DNA of 59,975 nt, filler included, from Sphacelaria rigidula (lineage: Eukaryota): the NCBI GenBank assembly GCA_964200075.2. It is 7 parts of 7 records of this genome, joined end to end, with 100 filler letters (N's around TTAATTAATTAA, not from the genome) between each part and the next. Parts side by side here need not be neighbours in the genome. Positions count along the whole stretch, not along the records: positions 1 to 8,485 come from CAXNAA020011001.1; positions 8,586 to 17,068 come from CAXNAA020011002.1; 5 more parts are not named here. One strand, 5' to 3'. Positions 1 through 11,994 of this stretch are shown piece by piece. A model generated the notes under the pieces. It saw only the letters and a list, made by a program, of their open reading frames with translations. It searched no databases and was not told the origin of the DNA. The stretch's first letter is position 1, and each line of letters opens with the position of its first letter. The position numbers and the translations under genes were made by a program.

Positions 1-36
1 CTCGTTTTGCTCGGTTTTACCCATTTTGATTTACGT

Positions 37-297
37 GAAGATTTTGCCTCCCAAAACCATGCACTTTTGGGGGGGGGGACTATCGTACAAAGTGTCAAAA
101 ACTAAAACTAAACATGATTACTCTCGCGGTCCAAGGGTTAATGAAGATTTTGCCTCCCAAAACCATGCACTTTTGGGGGTGTACTCATGATCATGCTTGC
201 CATAGTCATCAGACCATTGCACTTTTGGGGGGGGGGCTATCGTAGAAAGTGTCAAAAACTAAACTAAACATGATTACTCTCGCGGTCCAAGGGTTAA
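37..297. repeat. Imperfect tandem duplication, both units ending in a piggyBac-like terminus (...CCAAGGG-TTAA)
   Basis: 37-141 and 142-297 share GAAGATTTTGCCTCCCAAAACCATGCAC...CGCGGTCCAAGGGTTAA; the second copy has an extra internal segment. Confidence 0.8.
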
Positions 298-757
298 GAC
301 CGTTTTGTATGGCAACCAATCCGTATCTGTACAAGTATGAGGATTTCAGCCCGTCTACATCCGATTTACTCCCGTGAATTGAATTTTCGGACCCCGGTCC
401 GTTGAGTTATGTTTTTCGCCTAGATCTGAGGAAACCAGATCAACTCTCCGATCCTGTGGACGCTGACTTTTGGTTCATCACCTTTCTGCTCAGATCGGGG
501 AACTCCCGCATCTCCCCCGATTTGGGCCCCAGATTCGTGGGAGATGCGGGAGTCTCCCGATCTGAGAATAAAGGTGATAAACCAAAAGTCAGCGTCCACA
601 GAATCGGAGCATTGATCTGGTTTCCTCGGAGCTAGGTGGAAAGCATTGCCCAACGGACTGAGATCCAAAAAATCAATCCACGGGAGAAAATCCGCTGGAG
701 ACGGGCTGAAATCCTCATATTTGTACAAATACGGATTGGTCACCACACCAAACGGTC
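298..757. mobile_element. 460-bp foldback (loopless inverted repeat) MITE-like element
   Basis: GACCGTTT...AAACGGTC ends; arms complementary up to a GGGCCC centre at 524-529; ORFs 402+ and 746- translate to near-identical peptides; flanks TAA/CAA. Confidence 0.85.
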
Positions 758-1177
758 CAACAGCCCAAATTTGTCGTATTTTTTAGCTCTAGTGAAGCCA
801 AATCGGGTAAAAACATGCCTCCGGCACCGCGCCTCCAGCGGGGCCCTCTCTGCCGGGGAGGGGTTTCATGGCTCGCGGCTGCGCCGCTCGATTACCAAAC
901 CATGATGTACCATTCAACTGGTTAATGGTTAAACAAACCACTTCCGAGCTATAGTACAGCAAATCCTGTCGTGTGCTTACAGCGAAACGTCGACATTCTA
1001 CTCACGGGTATCAAACAGCAAAGGCTTCAGTGGCAAGCTCCTACAGAAAATGTATCGAGCCTCGTTGACGGGTATTTCCGAACTGGAACAAATTTCGTTC
1101 AATAATTGACGGCTTCTCACACTCAATCGTATCCTAGACTCACAACCTCACCAACACATTGCACACGCGGCCATTGC

Positions 1178-1607
1178 GCTACCCCGCAAAATGCCTCCGG
1201 AGGAATGCGCGGCCCTCCAGAGGCAAAAACAAGCCTCCGGAGGCCTTCAATCCCTCTGGAGGAAACCAAACACTACCGACCTGGAGAGCCGCGCGCACCC
1301 CCCCGAAGGAATTTGGGGGTAGCAAAATGCCTTCGGAGGGATGATGCGTCCTCCTGAGGCGAGAACAAGCCTCCGGAGGCGTTTAACCCTTAGACCGCGT
1401 TGCGGGTAGTCCATCTGGAGGACGCATACTTTTTTCAAGTAAACATTGATGCCGATTCAACAGGTGACCTACTCTCTCGCCGTCGAACGGTTAATCCCTC
1501 TGGAGGAAACCAAAAACCTGCTCTGGAGAGCCGCGCACCCCTCCGGAGGCGTTTAATTCCTCTGTAGGCTCGAAAGTTTGACCGACCAGGAGGAATATTG
1601 AGGGTAG
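1178..1607. mobile_element. TIR element remnant containing ~20-bp-spaced CCTCCGGAGG palindromes
   Basis: GCTACCC...GGGTAGC ends; more than ten CCTCYGGAGG-like motifs; interrupted by the 1387-1490 insertion. Confidence 0.6.
1387..1490. mobile_element. 104-bp piggyBac-like MITE
   Basis: TTAA at 1383-1386 and 1491-1494; ends CCCTTAGAC...GTCGAACGG; an empty-site version of the host repeat lies at about 1230-1270. Confidence 0.8.
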
Positions 1608-2164
1608 CCAAATGGTCACGTGTTTTTTCTACAATGAAAGACCGTGTTGCAGCTGCTCGCCGCTCCCGGCGGCCCTTACTCTCTCAGCGGCTCTCGTGAC
1701 TGCTCCACGTAGAGCTCATCGACATTTAAAAAAGGAAAACAAATATTGAGGGAAGAAGTCTGATCCAATTCGTTCCCCGCGAGCGCATTCGTGTGCTGAT
1801 TACCCGGAGTTTCGGCTGGACTGCCTCGGGAGTCATGTGGGGGCACGCGCCTCGACCGTTCTCGAGCTTTGCTCAAGGTAGAGTTCGGGTCGGACCCAGT
1901 TAAATCCACCATCAACTTCGCGCAGTGCAGGCGCCGCCACGCTCTGAGGAACTTCGGCCCGAGGTCTCCGGAGACCTTGTGACTGTTGTTATACGTAGAG
2001 CTCTGATCGGCTTGACCTGTGCGAGTTGGCGGGACGTGGACTTCGGGGTATTGTTGACTGGTGTACTATTATCCTGTTTCCCCCGAAATTTCCGACGTTA
2101 TTCTCAGATAGTTTCACGGTTAGGACAAATCATTACGACTCAAAATCACCAAATTCACGATATC

Positions 2165-2375
2165 CTCGGCCTGATTGCCCAAAAGGGGGAAAAAAAAGTT
2201 GATCGCTGGTCCAAGGGTATCCACGCAACTTTTGCGCCATTCCACGTCTCTGGGCTGCGTGTACCTGGGTTGCGACGCTGAAATACGGTCTAGGGATTGA
2301 TTCGTCACGAGTCGACTCATGATACTAAAACCAAGTAATTTTCAGACGAATCATTATTTGTCCGACTCTTGGACA
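2165..2375 (+). repeat. Dispersed repeat, second copy at about 10460-10670
   Basis: Both share CGCAACTTTTGCRCCATTCCACGT..CTGGGCTGCG and flanking sequence. Confidence 0.75.
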
Positions 2376-2731
2376 GTTTCATATGTCGGACAGCCCATCC
2401 AAAATAGTCAACGAGGACTCTCACATCGTTCTCCAAGAACACAGAATAGGTGACAGCGGGGTCCCAGAAGTCAGAGCGCTACTTTTGCGCTGTACTCCGC
2501 GTGCTCGGCGTCCAGCGCTGGGAGCAAACGTGAGGAAAGGGGTCATACGAGCTATTCAATATCAATTGCTCATGATCCGGATCAGCACACAAATAAGGAG
2601 TAATATTCAGGTTGCGCATCAGCTGTCCGACGTGTGTCTAGTTACTACTTTCTCTGGAAAATGTGAAAGGATATTTCTCAACCAGTACAGCAATAAGACG
2701 GACTACAGGTTTCCCTGAAATCTACGAGTTA

Positions 2732-2908
2732 GGCCAACTCTTGTGGGAGCGTTAAGGATATTATTTTGCAATAATTTTAAACGACTTTTTTTTCTTTCTT
2801 TGCCGTGGTTGTGTATTTTGTGCCCGTTCACCATGATGACGAAGAAAAAAAAAACTCCTCTAAAATCGTTGCAAAATAAAATTACAAACGCTCCCATAAG
2901 AGTTGGCC
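2732..2908. mobile_element. PIF/Harbinger (Tourist)-like MITE
   Basis: TIR GGCCAACTCTTGTGGGAGCGTT / AACGCTCCCATAAGAGTTGGCC with longer degenerate arms; flanks TTA/TGA. Confidence 0.7.
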
Positions 2909-2915
2909 TGAACAC

Positions 2916-3012
2916 CCCTAGACAGCGAGAGTAGGTCATGTGTGGAATCGGCATCAATTTCACTTGAAAAAAGTATGCATGGTCCAGGAAGACTACCCTC
3001 GGGGTCTAAGGG
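2916..3012. mobile_element. Second, inverted copy of the ~100-bp piggyBac-like MITE
   Basis: Reverse complement aligns with 1387-1490; ends CCCCTAGAC...GTCTAAGGG followed by TTAA. Confidence 0.75.
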
Positions 3013-4244
3013 TTAATGCCATCAGATTTTTTTCGGCAATTTTTCTTCTGGAGAAGTCGGATAAAATCCAACATCTCGGAAACCCCCCCTCCTTCCCGCG
3101 AGAAAAATTGACCAGTCAAAACACATCTTTATCCCAGTTCGCCACGAATGAGTGATTTAAGACTTGTTGAACTACTTTGACCGCAAGGATGGGTCATATG
3201 TATAGAGTTACCATTTTATCATCACTTTTTTACTTGAAAAATGAGTGCATGGCTAGTTGAGTTACATCACCATCAAAAGGAATAGAACACTTCAAGACTG
3301 GAAGCATGTTTTTGGTCGGAAAATCAGGCGTTCTACATTTTTTTTTCCAGTTTTTTTTTTGGCAGCTTCTTTTTTTCAGTAGACAAAATAATAAACTTGG
3401 AAAGGTGTCTTTGCGAATACTCTACGTCGTTTCACGTCCTAATAGAGAGCTACGCGGATTTTGACGTTTTGGAAAGGCTTGCTGTACTAGTTTTTTTCTA
3501 GCCCATCTTCGCACTTTTCTCGGAGATTAGCCAAGAAAACAAAAACTTGACGAATTTTCGTACAATGAAACTTTTGTAAAACGAATTTTCGTAGAAGCAC
3601 CCAAAAGGCACCTTTCCACATTTCATTATCGGTGTCTATTACAAGAAGTGACCTTATATTTCAAGAAAATGTAAGAAAAAAAATCGAAAAAGTCGAAAGA
3701 ATGAAGAAAACAGTCACGTCATCAACAAATCTAAGCGATGGTTGACCAATACTTTGTTTTTGTCAACCTACAACGCTATTCCCATGACCAACCCCTCTCC
3801 CGACCCAAGTAATGCAGAGAACCCTCGGGCGAGGAAGGTGCATAGCGCTCCCGAGGCAAAGTTTGCTATGCTTTTACTTTGGCTCTAATCGGTGCCTGAG
3901 GTGCATCTGAGCCACCACAATAACCTCCCGTGGAGGCTGCGCCGACGCCTGGGCGCAGGCGCACGGGCCTACAACCCACATAAAGATCCGAATATAACGA
4001 CCTAGTCTAGAAGTAAGGAAACATCCAACCATCGCTGACGTTCCGCCGATGCGGGGCAGGGACTCTACCGGTTTGGGGTGACTGCACTGTCGGCTGGGCA
4101 CGCGATGAAGGTACGCAACTACCTGTACGTGTGCGTGCGTGTGTGTGGTTGTGCTGGCGCATGAGCTTGCTTGGAATACTGTGACGTGTCCTCGAAATTC
4201 GTGGTCATGGGTGGCTGCGGCGAACAATGCCAGAGCACCCCCCC

Positions 4245-4610
4245 ATTGAGACTCGAGGTTCCCGATATATTCATCAGTACAATCCTGTACTTTTCAATTT
4301 ATAAATTCAAGGAGAACCTCGGGTGTGAGATACAGTACTATACCTCAACTGTTGGTCGGGGTTTCCGCTCTGAGGTGGGTGATAGCGGGCACTAGCGAGA
4401 TCCGCCTCAGTAGAGGTATCTCAAACTCGAATTTCCCGGTATATTTAACAGTAATTTGCAGCCAAACATACCGGGAACCTCGAGTTTGAGTCACCGCTTG
4501 TAGCTCCATCTCAAACTATGCTAGAGGTATCTCGAACTGGAGGTTCCAGGTGCATCCTAGAGTAAATCGCTGTGATGGATACCGGGAACGTCGAGTTTGA
4601 GATACTTCAA
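4245..4610. mobile_element. Cluster of three ~85-bp hairpin mini-MITEs
   Basis: Units near 4248-4335, 4413-4497 and 4524-4608, each GAGGTATCTCAAACTCGAGGTTCCCGGTA-like arm, short loop, complementary arm; arm resembles the TIR at 30237. Confidence 0.65.
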
Positions 4611-6549
4611 CTGATTGTTGTGACAAGCCGAAAACGCCCAATAAATATCTTGTTGGAGTCCCAACCAGGGATTACCGTAGTATTTGGTGCCGCCTACGTG
4701 CGGGTCCACAACCGTATACCGCATGTCCTTAGAAAAGTCGGTAAAGGCACATGGCGGTCAGCTGTCACTGCGTAGTCCTGTATTGCGTATGGGTAGTCGC
4801 CGCGTACTCGTGCTCTCCCTGTACTGTCTAGGCTATCTATAATATATAGTCAAGTATGACGTTGATGTTATCACCGTCTCTCGAAACAGCAGTCGCCTTT
4901 TTTGAAAAATTGAGCCAGGGACAAATATGGTCATGAGCGGTGGGACAGCAAATGCGTTGTACTGCTGAATATCTATGCGGATAAAAAGGTTCCGAATACG
5001 TACGTCGCACCCATAGGGCAGTCTGCGATGGAGGTATCATGTACCCGGCGTATTGAGCGACTGCTCATGACCCTGTCCCCAGTTCTGAGAGGCAAAATAG
5101 TCAGAATGAAAATTCGAAGATTTCCGTGACTGGCTCGAGATGCCACATCACCGTACCGTAACTCAGTATTCTGCCGCCTGGCTATTTTGAATCCCACCAG
5201 ACGCCTTCGACACATTGTAGGCTAATTGCAATACACATCATACAAACATTGTATGTACTGGTGAGCCTTCGCCCTCTGCATCGTCGAGTAGATCTCACAA
5301 CATACGGCTCATGGTGTCGCATTTACTTATGGCATAGATTTCGCGAGTGTCTCAAACAGTCGACTATCATGGTAGGCACGGCTCAAGTGCGCGAGCGGGG
5401 GGGCTGGAGAAGTTCATGTCACGACCCTTGTGTGTCGTACAAAACGTAACCCTCATCTGTTATCGTGTGAAAGAGCCACTAGAGTTTCATTCTTCGTTCA
5501 ATATTTCTGATATCTTCCCCGGACGGCCTCGTGTTGGTAGGACAGGAGGTTCCATAGTACACAGCACGAGAGGGCCGAAATAGATGAGCTACCAATGAGT
5601 ACACCCTGCACTGCATCGACTTGTTGTTGTTGTTGTTGTTGTTATTGCACCGTTACAGTTAGAGGCCATGGATAACGGAAGGATACGGATATACGAATGT
5701 CTTCAGACCGAGAGATGATTTGATAGTACAGACAATGTACAGACAGTATACATACAGACAACAGTGGAGCAGTTACCCCCGAGGGGGGGGGTGCACTAAG
5801 TCACCGGCCAGAAGCCGCCATGGGGTACCATCACCACCCATTGATCCACGCGAGGTATCAAGTCCGGAATGCTTACGAGTACTCGTAGCTTCGACCGGTG
5901 ATGAGCTACTGAATGTACTGTGCACTTGGCACTTACGACTGTGTGTCGCGCTCTAGCTCCAGACCACAATAAGGTTCGCGAGCACTACGATCAATTTTTC
6001 CCGACAGAGGTGCACGATACAGTATATATACATTTGCAGTACGTGGCAGTTGAACATTTTCTCGTGAGTATTTGTTTCGCCGCACATGGGTGCGTTGGTT
6101 GTCCAAAATGTGTGATGGGGTGGGTATGTGCGAAGCAAGGACGAAAAAATGAATCGGGCTCAAAACTCATCAGCAACCTTGAAGCTCACACCCCGCGCCC
6201 GCAAAAAATTGTTCACCTCACACCGTAAATGAGAAGTCAAGCAAACAGGCTACCCGAGCACACACGCGTATTGTTGACTGGAACGGGCGCACGGCAGCTC
6301 AATCAGGGCTAATTGCAGGGTTGCACCGACACGAACAAAACAGGCGTATTACATGCAGTACTCGCATCACGGTACAACAACCTTACAACGCACAAGTACT
6401 ACAACAGTTGTACTGTATCTTTAGGAACATTTGTGTGTATTTACCAAGGTATCTACCGTACAGTATTTGCTGAAGGAAATTGCTACAACAACGACCGGCT
6501 ACTAACACATCCACAACCATGCTTCCCCTTTCCACCGTCCGTAACGTAC

Positions 6550-7540
6550 CTGGCGGATCCCGCCCACCCGCCGTCCTCTGGCGAGTTGGGGGCAAAAAGG
6601 AACACCCTTCTCCTTCCCCTCCATACGTAACGCGTCGTTGCTGTAAAACTCGTGGCCTGCTCGCCGCCACCATCGCGATGCCATTCTCATCATCCATATC
6701 TTCCTCGTCATCGACAAGATCGTCAAACCTAAATTTACGGGTCGTCGTTGCACCAACAACAGAATCAAGTTGTGACACTGGCGGCTGCCTATTAGTACTG
6801 CTGCTACTACTACTGCTGCTTCGACCACCATCCCTGATTCTGGGAGCAGCAGCAGGGGCGACGTGCAAGCCCGGTCGTTTCTCGCTCAATCTACCACCTT
6901 GCCAACCACCGCTGTTGCTGTTGCTGCTGCTGCTACTGCTGAATCTAGGTCTGGCAGGGTGCCGACTCGCGGCGGAGGTGGCGTTCGCCGAGATAATGTC
7001 GGGCATTTGCTCATCATCGCAGCCAATAAAAGGCTGTGCATGCGACGGCGGTAGTTTTCTGTACGGCATGCTCGCCCGCCGTTTGCTACGTCGGTTACCC
7101 TCATCCCCATCGTCACTGCTGTTGTTGCAGGCCGTTGGTCTGGTGAGCTGCTGATTCGCAGCAGAGGTGGTGGTGGCCGCCGGAGCTGAGACGCCGTGCA
7201 ATTGCTTCATGCAGCTACTACTTACAGCAGCCGCGACGTGCGACTGCGTCTGCGGTGTAGCTTTGACGTAAGGGACGCCAGTGCTTGCGCGTCTGAAGTG
7301 TCGGCGGAGCGCGCCAGAAAACGAAACCTGAGCCGTCGCAAGAGATAATCTTCGGTTGTCGTCAGAGGTGGTAGCGATGCTTGCGCGGGAGCGCTTGGCG
7401 GTCGTCACTGCTGCTGCTGCTGCTGTTGCTTTCGTACCGTACATGTTGTCAGCACTCGACGCTTCGCTGTTGGCCATGGTGTCCGTGCTTTTATTGTTGC
7501 TGCCCCGCCGCTGCTTCTGAGTCGCTTTTAGTTCATCCAT
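6550..7540 (-). CDS. Probable first coding exon of an unknown Ser/Ala/Arg-rich disordered protein
   Basis: 385-codon ORF starting at ATG 7540, GC-rich with codon-type trinucleotide runs; likely donor CAG|GTACGT after 6550. No domain recognised and downstream exons not identified. Confidence 0.7.
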
Positions 7541-8415
7541 GTCGTCGTGATGATGTTCGTGTCAATCTGAATCACGATAAAAAGCGGTCAGATCGGATCA
7601 ATGAAAAAATGGACCAAGTACCATCAACTTCATTTAACCTTCTTTTCTCATACCCGTGCGTACGAACCGGTTGTACAAAAAATGCCAGACCCCGACCCCC
7701 TTTATTTTTTATTTCAGCCCTGCACGGGGGGGGGGGGGTTGAAAGGGGGGAAGCACGGAGAGGCAAGGGGGTCACTAATTTCTGTACAAAACCTATTTCC
7801 AGGTCAGTACACATCGAGACCAAGTTACTTGAACTAAGTGCCGGTGGTGGTGAATCAATTTACTTGATCTTAGATTGCCTCGCAGATCACTCGAACTGCG
7901 TGAACGTGATCGTAGGCAAACCATTTAGCTCAGAGAAGTCGCGATGGGGAGGAGGCCAGGTATACTCGGACCAAGAATAATGACATATGGATCAAGTTAT
8001 AGGTGAAATCAGATTTATTCACGAAGAAGGTAGATATGACACAGTATTAACTGGATCAATAATATTACAGGGGACCATGCACTGTAGACGGCAAATCGGA
8101 ATTGTTCACCCCCTGCAGTATCAAGATAACAGTATCGGACTGACATATATATCGTTTATCGGAACAATGACAATGTCTACGTGATGATGATGATGTCTTC
8201 GGGCGTGTCTTATTATTTTACTCATAGCATATCATTTTTCGATCGAAAATGTGTGGTAGGAAACGAAATTTTCAATCCGGTACGTTGTGACTTCAACTAT
8301 CATCGTCATTGAATTTATGTTGACATCACCACTCATCAGATCAGACTCCACCGTACTTTTTCGATCTCGATCGAAATATTATTATAATTATATGCTTGGC
8401 TAGACACGAACCGGT

Positions 8416-8485
8416 CGCCCCGGTGGCTTAGTTGGTAACCTCGTCAACCTTCTGACGGTTGGGTTGTGGGGTTCGATTCCCGGAG
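8416..8485 (+). mobile_element. tRNA-derived SINE head, truncated by gap
   Basis: A-box TGGCTTAGTTGG and B-box GGTTCGATTCC; the core GGTAACCTCG..ACCTTCTGACGGTTGGGT recurs on the minus strand at about 33920-33975. Confidence 0.7.
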
Positions 8486-8585
8486 NNNNNNNNNNNNNNN
8501 NNNNNNNNNNNNNNNNNNNNNNNNNNNNNTTAATTAATTAANNNNNNNNNNNNNNNNNNNNNNNNNNNNNNNNNNNNNNNNNNNN
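8486..8585. other. Artificial contig linker (N44-TTAATTAATTAA-N44); also at 17069-17168, 25651-25750, 34233-34332, 42814-42913 and 51395-51494
   Basis: Identical 100-nt spacers with stop codons in all frames separating contigs of decreasing length. Confidence 0.98.
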
Positions 8586-10087
8586 TCCTGATCGTACTTT
8601 CGACGCTCGATTTCCCGGTAACATTGTTGGCTGTGCCGACAGAATATTGCACCAATGTACGAGATAAGCGTTGTGTCCATTAATGCAGGCACAACCCGCC
8701 GCAGAGAGCCTTAAAAAGCCTACTCTCAATCGCACCATCCACTCTCAATCTCACGAAACTACTGTTATACGTTCACGGCGTTTATGTTGTCCGATCGCTT
8801 CAAGTCCATTTTCTAAATGGTTGCGCCCGAGGGGCATGGTCAAAAATAGAAAAGCTTAGTTTTTTCGAGCGAAACGAGCGGCGGAATGAACGAATCGGCA
8901 CGTAACTCCTATGTTGCAGACAACCGTGCTAGTTGTTGTTACCAAGTATTTTTATAAGAGTTTCATTATAGATAGCTTATAACAAAGAAATGCTACATAA
9001 TTAGACTGCACGATTGAAGTCTGCAGTCTACATCAGTACAGGTACCACAAACTTCGTTGGTACGGAGTTGTTCTGCAGTTTTCATCTATCGGCGACAGCG
9101 GGTCAGTCGACGGTTGGCCAGTCGAATGAGGAAAACGAAATAAAGAAGTGTGACTTAATTACGGTGGGACGCTTGATGCGGAAGTACCGAGCGCCAAACC
9201 CCAATTGCCAATTGCATGAAGAGCGTTCTGAACATGATGATGTAGTAATGTACCTGATCCGGAAAACAATTACGGTGACCGGCGATCACAAAATACTCCA
9301 GCATTATATTCAACGAGCCGCAGTGATAGTTTGCGCTCTTTGTCCCAAGGTACTACCAGCCTGGGCACACTCGGAGAATCTCTGCTGCTGCATACTACAG
9401 ATTAATGATTTCCGAATCACTTCCCACATTCGAAGACATTTTCGAGCAGTACAAGCCACTTAGTAACTCAATGTGAGTGATTGCATTTTTCACAACTGTT
9501 TACTATCTTTGCAGGGAAAATAGGTCAAACACCGTGATTTCTTCTGCCTCGGGCAGCGCTCCTATCTATGTGGCACCCCTCACCAGCCGGGAGGGGCGAT
9601 CAACTGAATGAAAAAGAATCGATGTACTGGCAACTGGCGCGGCCAGTTTCGACCGAACTGAACAGAGCTGATTGTTAACAGCCCTGACAATAACGCTGTT
9701 TTTTTTGTACGGTTAGGATGTGTTCGATAGGGTATGAGAGTCTTCACAAATCTTACAGAACTGACGAGTACCGAAATGAAATTCATACTTCGAGAAGTAT
9801 AAATATTCCATTTTCACAAGAGGAGCATAGTGAAGGATCAGAGCGGAGCGGGATCTGAGGGTTGTGGACCGGGGCGAATTTTCGCAATATGCAGCTTTTA
9901 GCCAGCCGGATTGCAGTCAAGTACGAATCCGATCATGCGTAACCGGATTTAAATTATTGTTCCAGTCGACGGAGGACAAAGCGAAACAACAGCTGACACG
10001 TGGCTGTCATGGTAATTTAGATAGAACCTACCACGATTCGGACGAATCATTGTCGGTTCGAATAGCCACATCCACGATTTCTTAGGC

Positions 10088-10177
10088 TTGTGACGACTTA
10101 TAGGCAACCGAGAAGACTACCGTACAGTCAGCGCTGACTGTACGGTAGTCTTCTCGGTTGCCTATAAGTCGTCACAA
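10088..10177. repeat. Perfect 90-bp palindrome with no loop
   Basis: 45-nt arm TTGTGACGACTTATAGGCAACCGAGAAGACTACCGTACAGTCAGC followed directly by its exact reverse complement. Confidence 0.95.
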
Positions 10178-11020
10178 AAGTTAGTCGTGGGAGTTCGACC
10201 CCCGTCACTTTGACTCCGAGGAGGGCGACTCCCCTTGCCAGCGCTGTTCAACTGTTCGCGCTTACGGTATCGGTTTAATGTTGCCACACGTATCCATTCG
10301 AAGTTACTCGTCTCCTCCACTAATATCCAGAGTGTGTGCACTGGGGTCCCTAGCAGTCAACTCGGGGATTGGACTCTCCCCCATCACCCTCTTTTTATAC
10401 CGGAGGTGGGGTTTTCCTCTTTTTCTACAAAGAAAGTGCGTCCGACGGGTCGTCACAGGTTTGATTGCTCGAAAGAGAGAAAAAAAAAGGCGACCGCTGG
10501 TCAAACAGGTCTCCTCGCAACTTTTGCACCATTCCACGTGCCTGGGCTGCGCACACCTGGCTCGCAACGCTGAAAACAAAGCCTAAGGACTGATTCGTAC
10601 CGTACGAATCAACGACACTAAAATTAAGTAAATTTCCAGAAAAATCATCAACTCGTCCGATTCTGGGAACCTACAGACAGTGCAGTGAAGTAAGACAGTA
10701 CAGTACACTATCGTTCACTGTTCTCAACGAAGCAACTCCGGCTTCTCCTCGGTGTTTGTAATGGACACACAGTACAGTGGGAGAGCACATTCAGCATACA
10801 ATACACACACTTGGCAGTAGGCTGAGAAGAGGGAAGCCAAGAGAGAGAGAGGAAGCGAGAGACAGCAACACACAGTGGGACACAGCAATAACAGCAGACC
10901 CCAGAAGAAGCCTTGCCTTGGGTTGCCGACGTCAGATATGCACCAGAGGGAAGGCACCCTCAGTACACATTACACGAACTCTTGGCTGTATACTGAGAAG
11001 CTGAGAGGCAGGAAATACAA

Positions 11021-11204
11021 GAACAATGCTACGGTAGGAGTGCACTTTTTTTGCGAAATTTTGTCTGGTTCAGGGGCTCCTAACGGTTCTAGATGAACAA
11101 GAATACGGGTCAGGGCATCCCCGTTTTCAGATTTTTTCGGGATATCCCCAGCNNNNNNNNNTAATCTCAGAAATTATTTCTGTACCCCTACCCTAGCATC
11201 ACTC
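11021..11204. mobile_element. Sola2-like MITE, copy 1 (contains a small N gap)
   Basis: ACAA 4-bp TSD at 11017-11020 and 11205-11208; degenerate TIR; aligns with 11995-12249. Confidence 0.75.
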
Positions 11205-11994
11205 ACAAGAGAGGGACCAACACAGACAGCGATGGCAATACAGACAATTCGTAGTAGATGCGAACTCCTTGCAGATTTCGACTACAGCCAGGCTCATTTT
11301 TTTGTCGATTTTCTGGTCGCTCCATCCTTTTTATCTGATCTATCCGCTCTCCGGGCAAAACCTCACGACGTGACGACCCGATTTGAGTTCGCTCGTAGTA
11401 GGGTTGGTAGCGAAGAGTGAACGTCTCTACCGCCCTCGTACTCTTCGATGAGGAGAACCCGCACGCTCGCCGTTGGTCGACACGTGAACCGAGTTTAGTT
11501 TGGATCAATCGCGTACCCGAAGGCCGATAGCTCGATCACGTACTTCAACACACCCTCCCACCTCAGCCACGGACGGCGTCGGCACGCACAAGCGAAGACA
11601 AAGAAGAAAGCAGAAATGAAGCTGAACCTTCTTGAAGGTGTTCAAGTGATTCGGAGAACCAGTTGCTGCGTGTAATGCCTCCAACGTCCAAAAGTGCTTC
11701 GATTGAAGCTGCGACAGTCAAGTCTGGGGAGTTCAATCAAGACTCGCTCTAGGCAAAAGGGGTCGAAATGGGGGTGTACTCGAGTGCGCCAAGAGACAGA
11801 AGCGAAACACAATGCCATGAGCACCAATGAAGCTGAAACTTGTTGAGGGCCTCTCGACTGATGTTTAAAGAGCGATGGGATGGGTTTTTTGCGGAGCGCA
11901 CCTTCGAATTCATTCGGGGAGAAAAAGTGCGTGGTTTGGAGCTTCATAATGACGCCCGGACGGATAGGACAGGACAGGACAGGACAGGACAGAA

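Noticed and set aside
402..746. Two similar proteins on opposite strands
   Set aside because: Artefact of the foldback inverted repeat.
1387..3012. Single 1.6-kb piggyBac element with ~100-bp TIRs
   Set aside because: The left copy has its own TTAA TSD and the host repeat resumes at 1495, so these are two independent mini-elements.
4060..4110. Small plus-strand exon GLYRFGVTALSAGHAMK
   Set aside because: Splice sites are plausible, but there are no partner exons or recognisable homology.
6480..7154. 224-aa Leu-rich plus-strand ORF
   Set aside because: Antisense shadow of the Ser/Ala-rich minus-strand exon.
8416..8485. Functional tRNA gene
   Set aside because: Cloverleaf cannot be completed before the gap, and a decayed copy with a SINE-like body exists elsewhere in the window.
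10719..11025. Solo LTR with TGTTCT...AGAACA ends
   Set aside because: No TSD, and the apparent right end is the start of the ACAA-flanked MITE at 11021.
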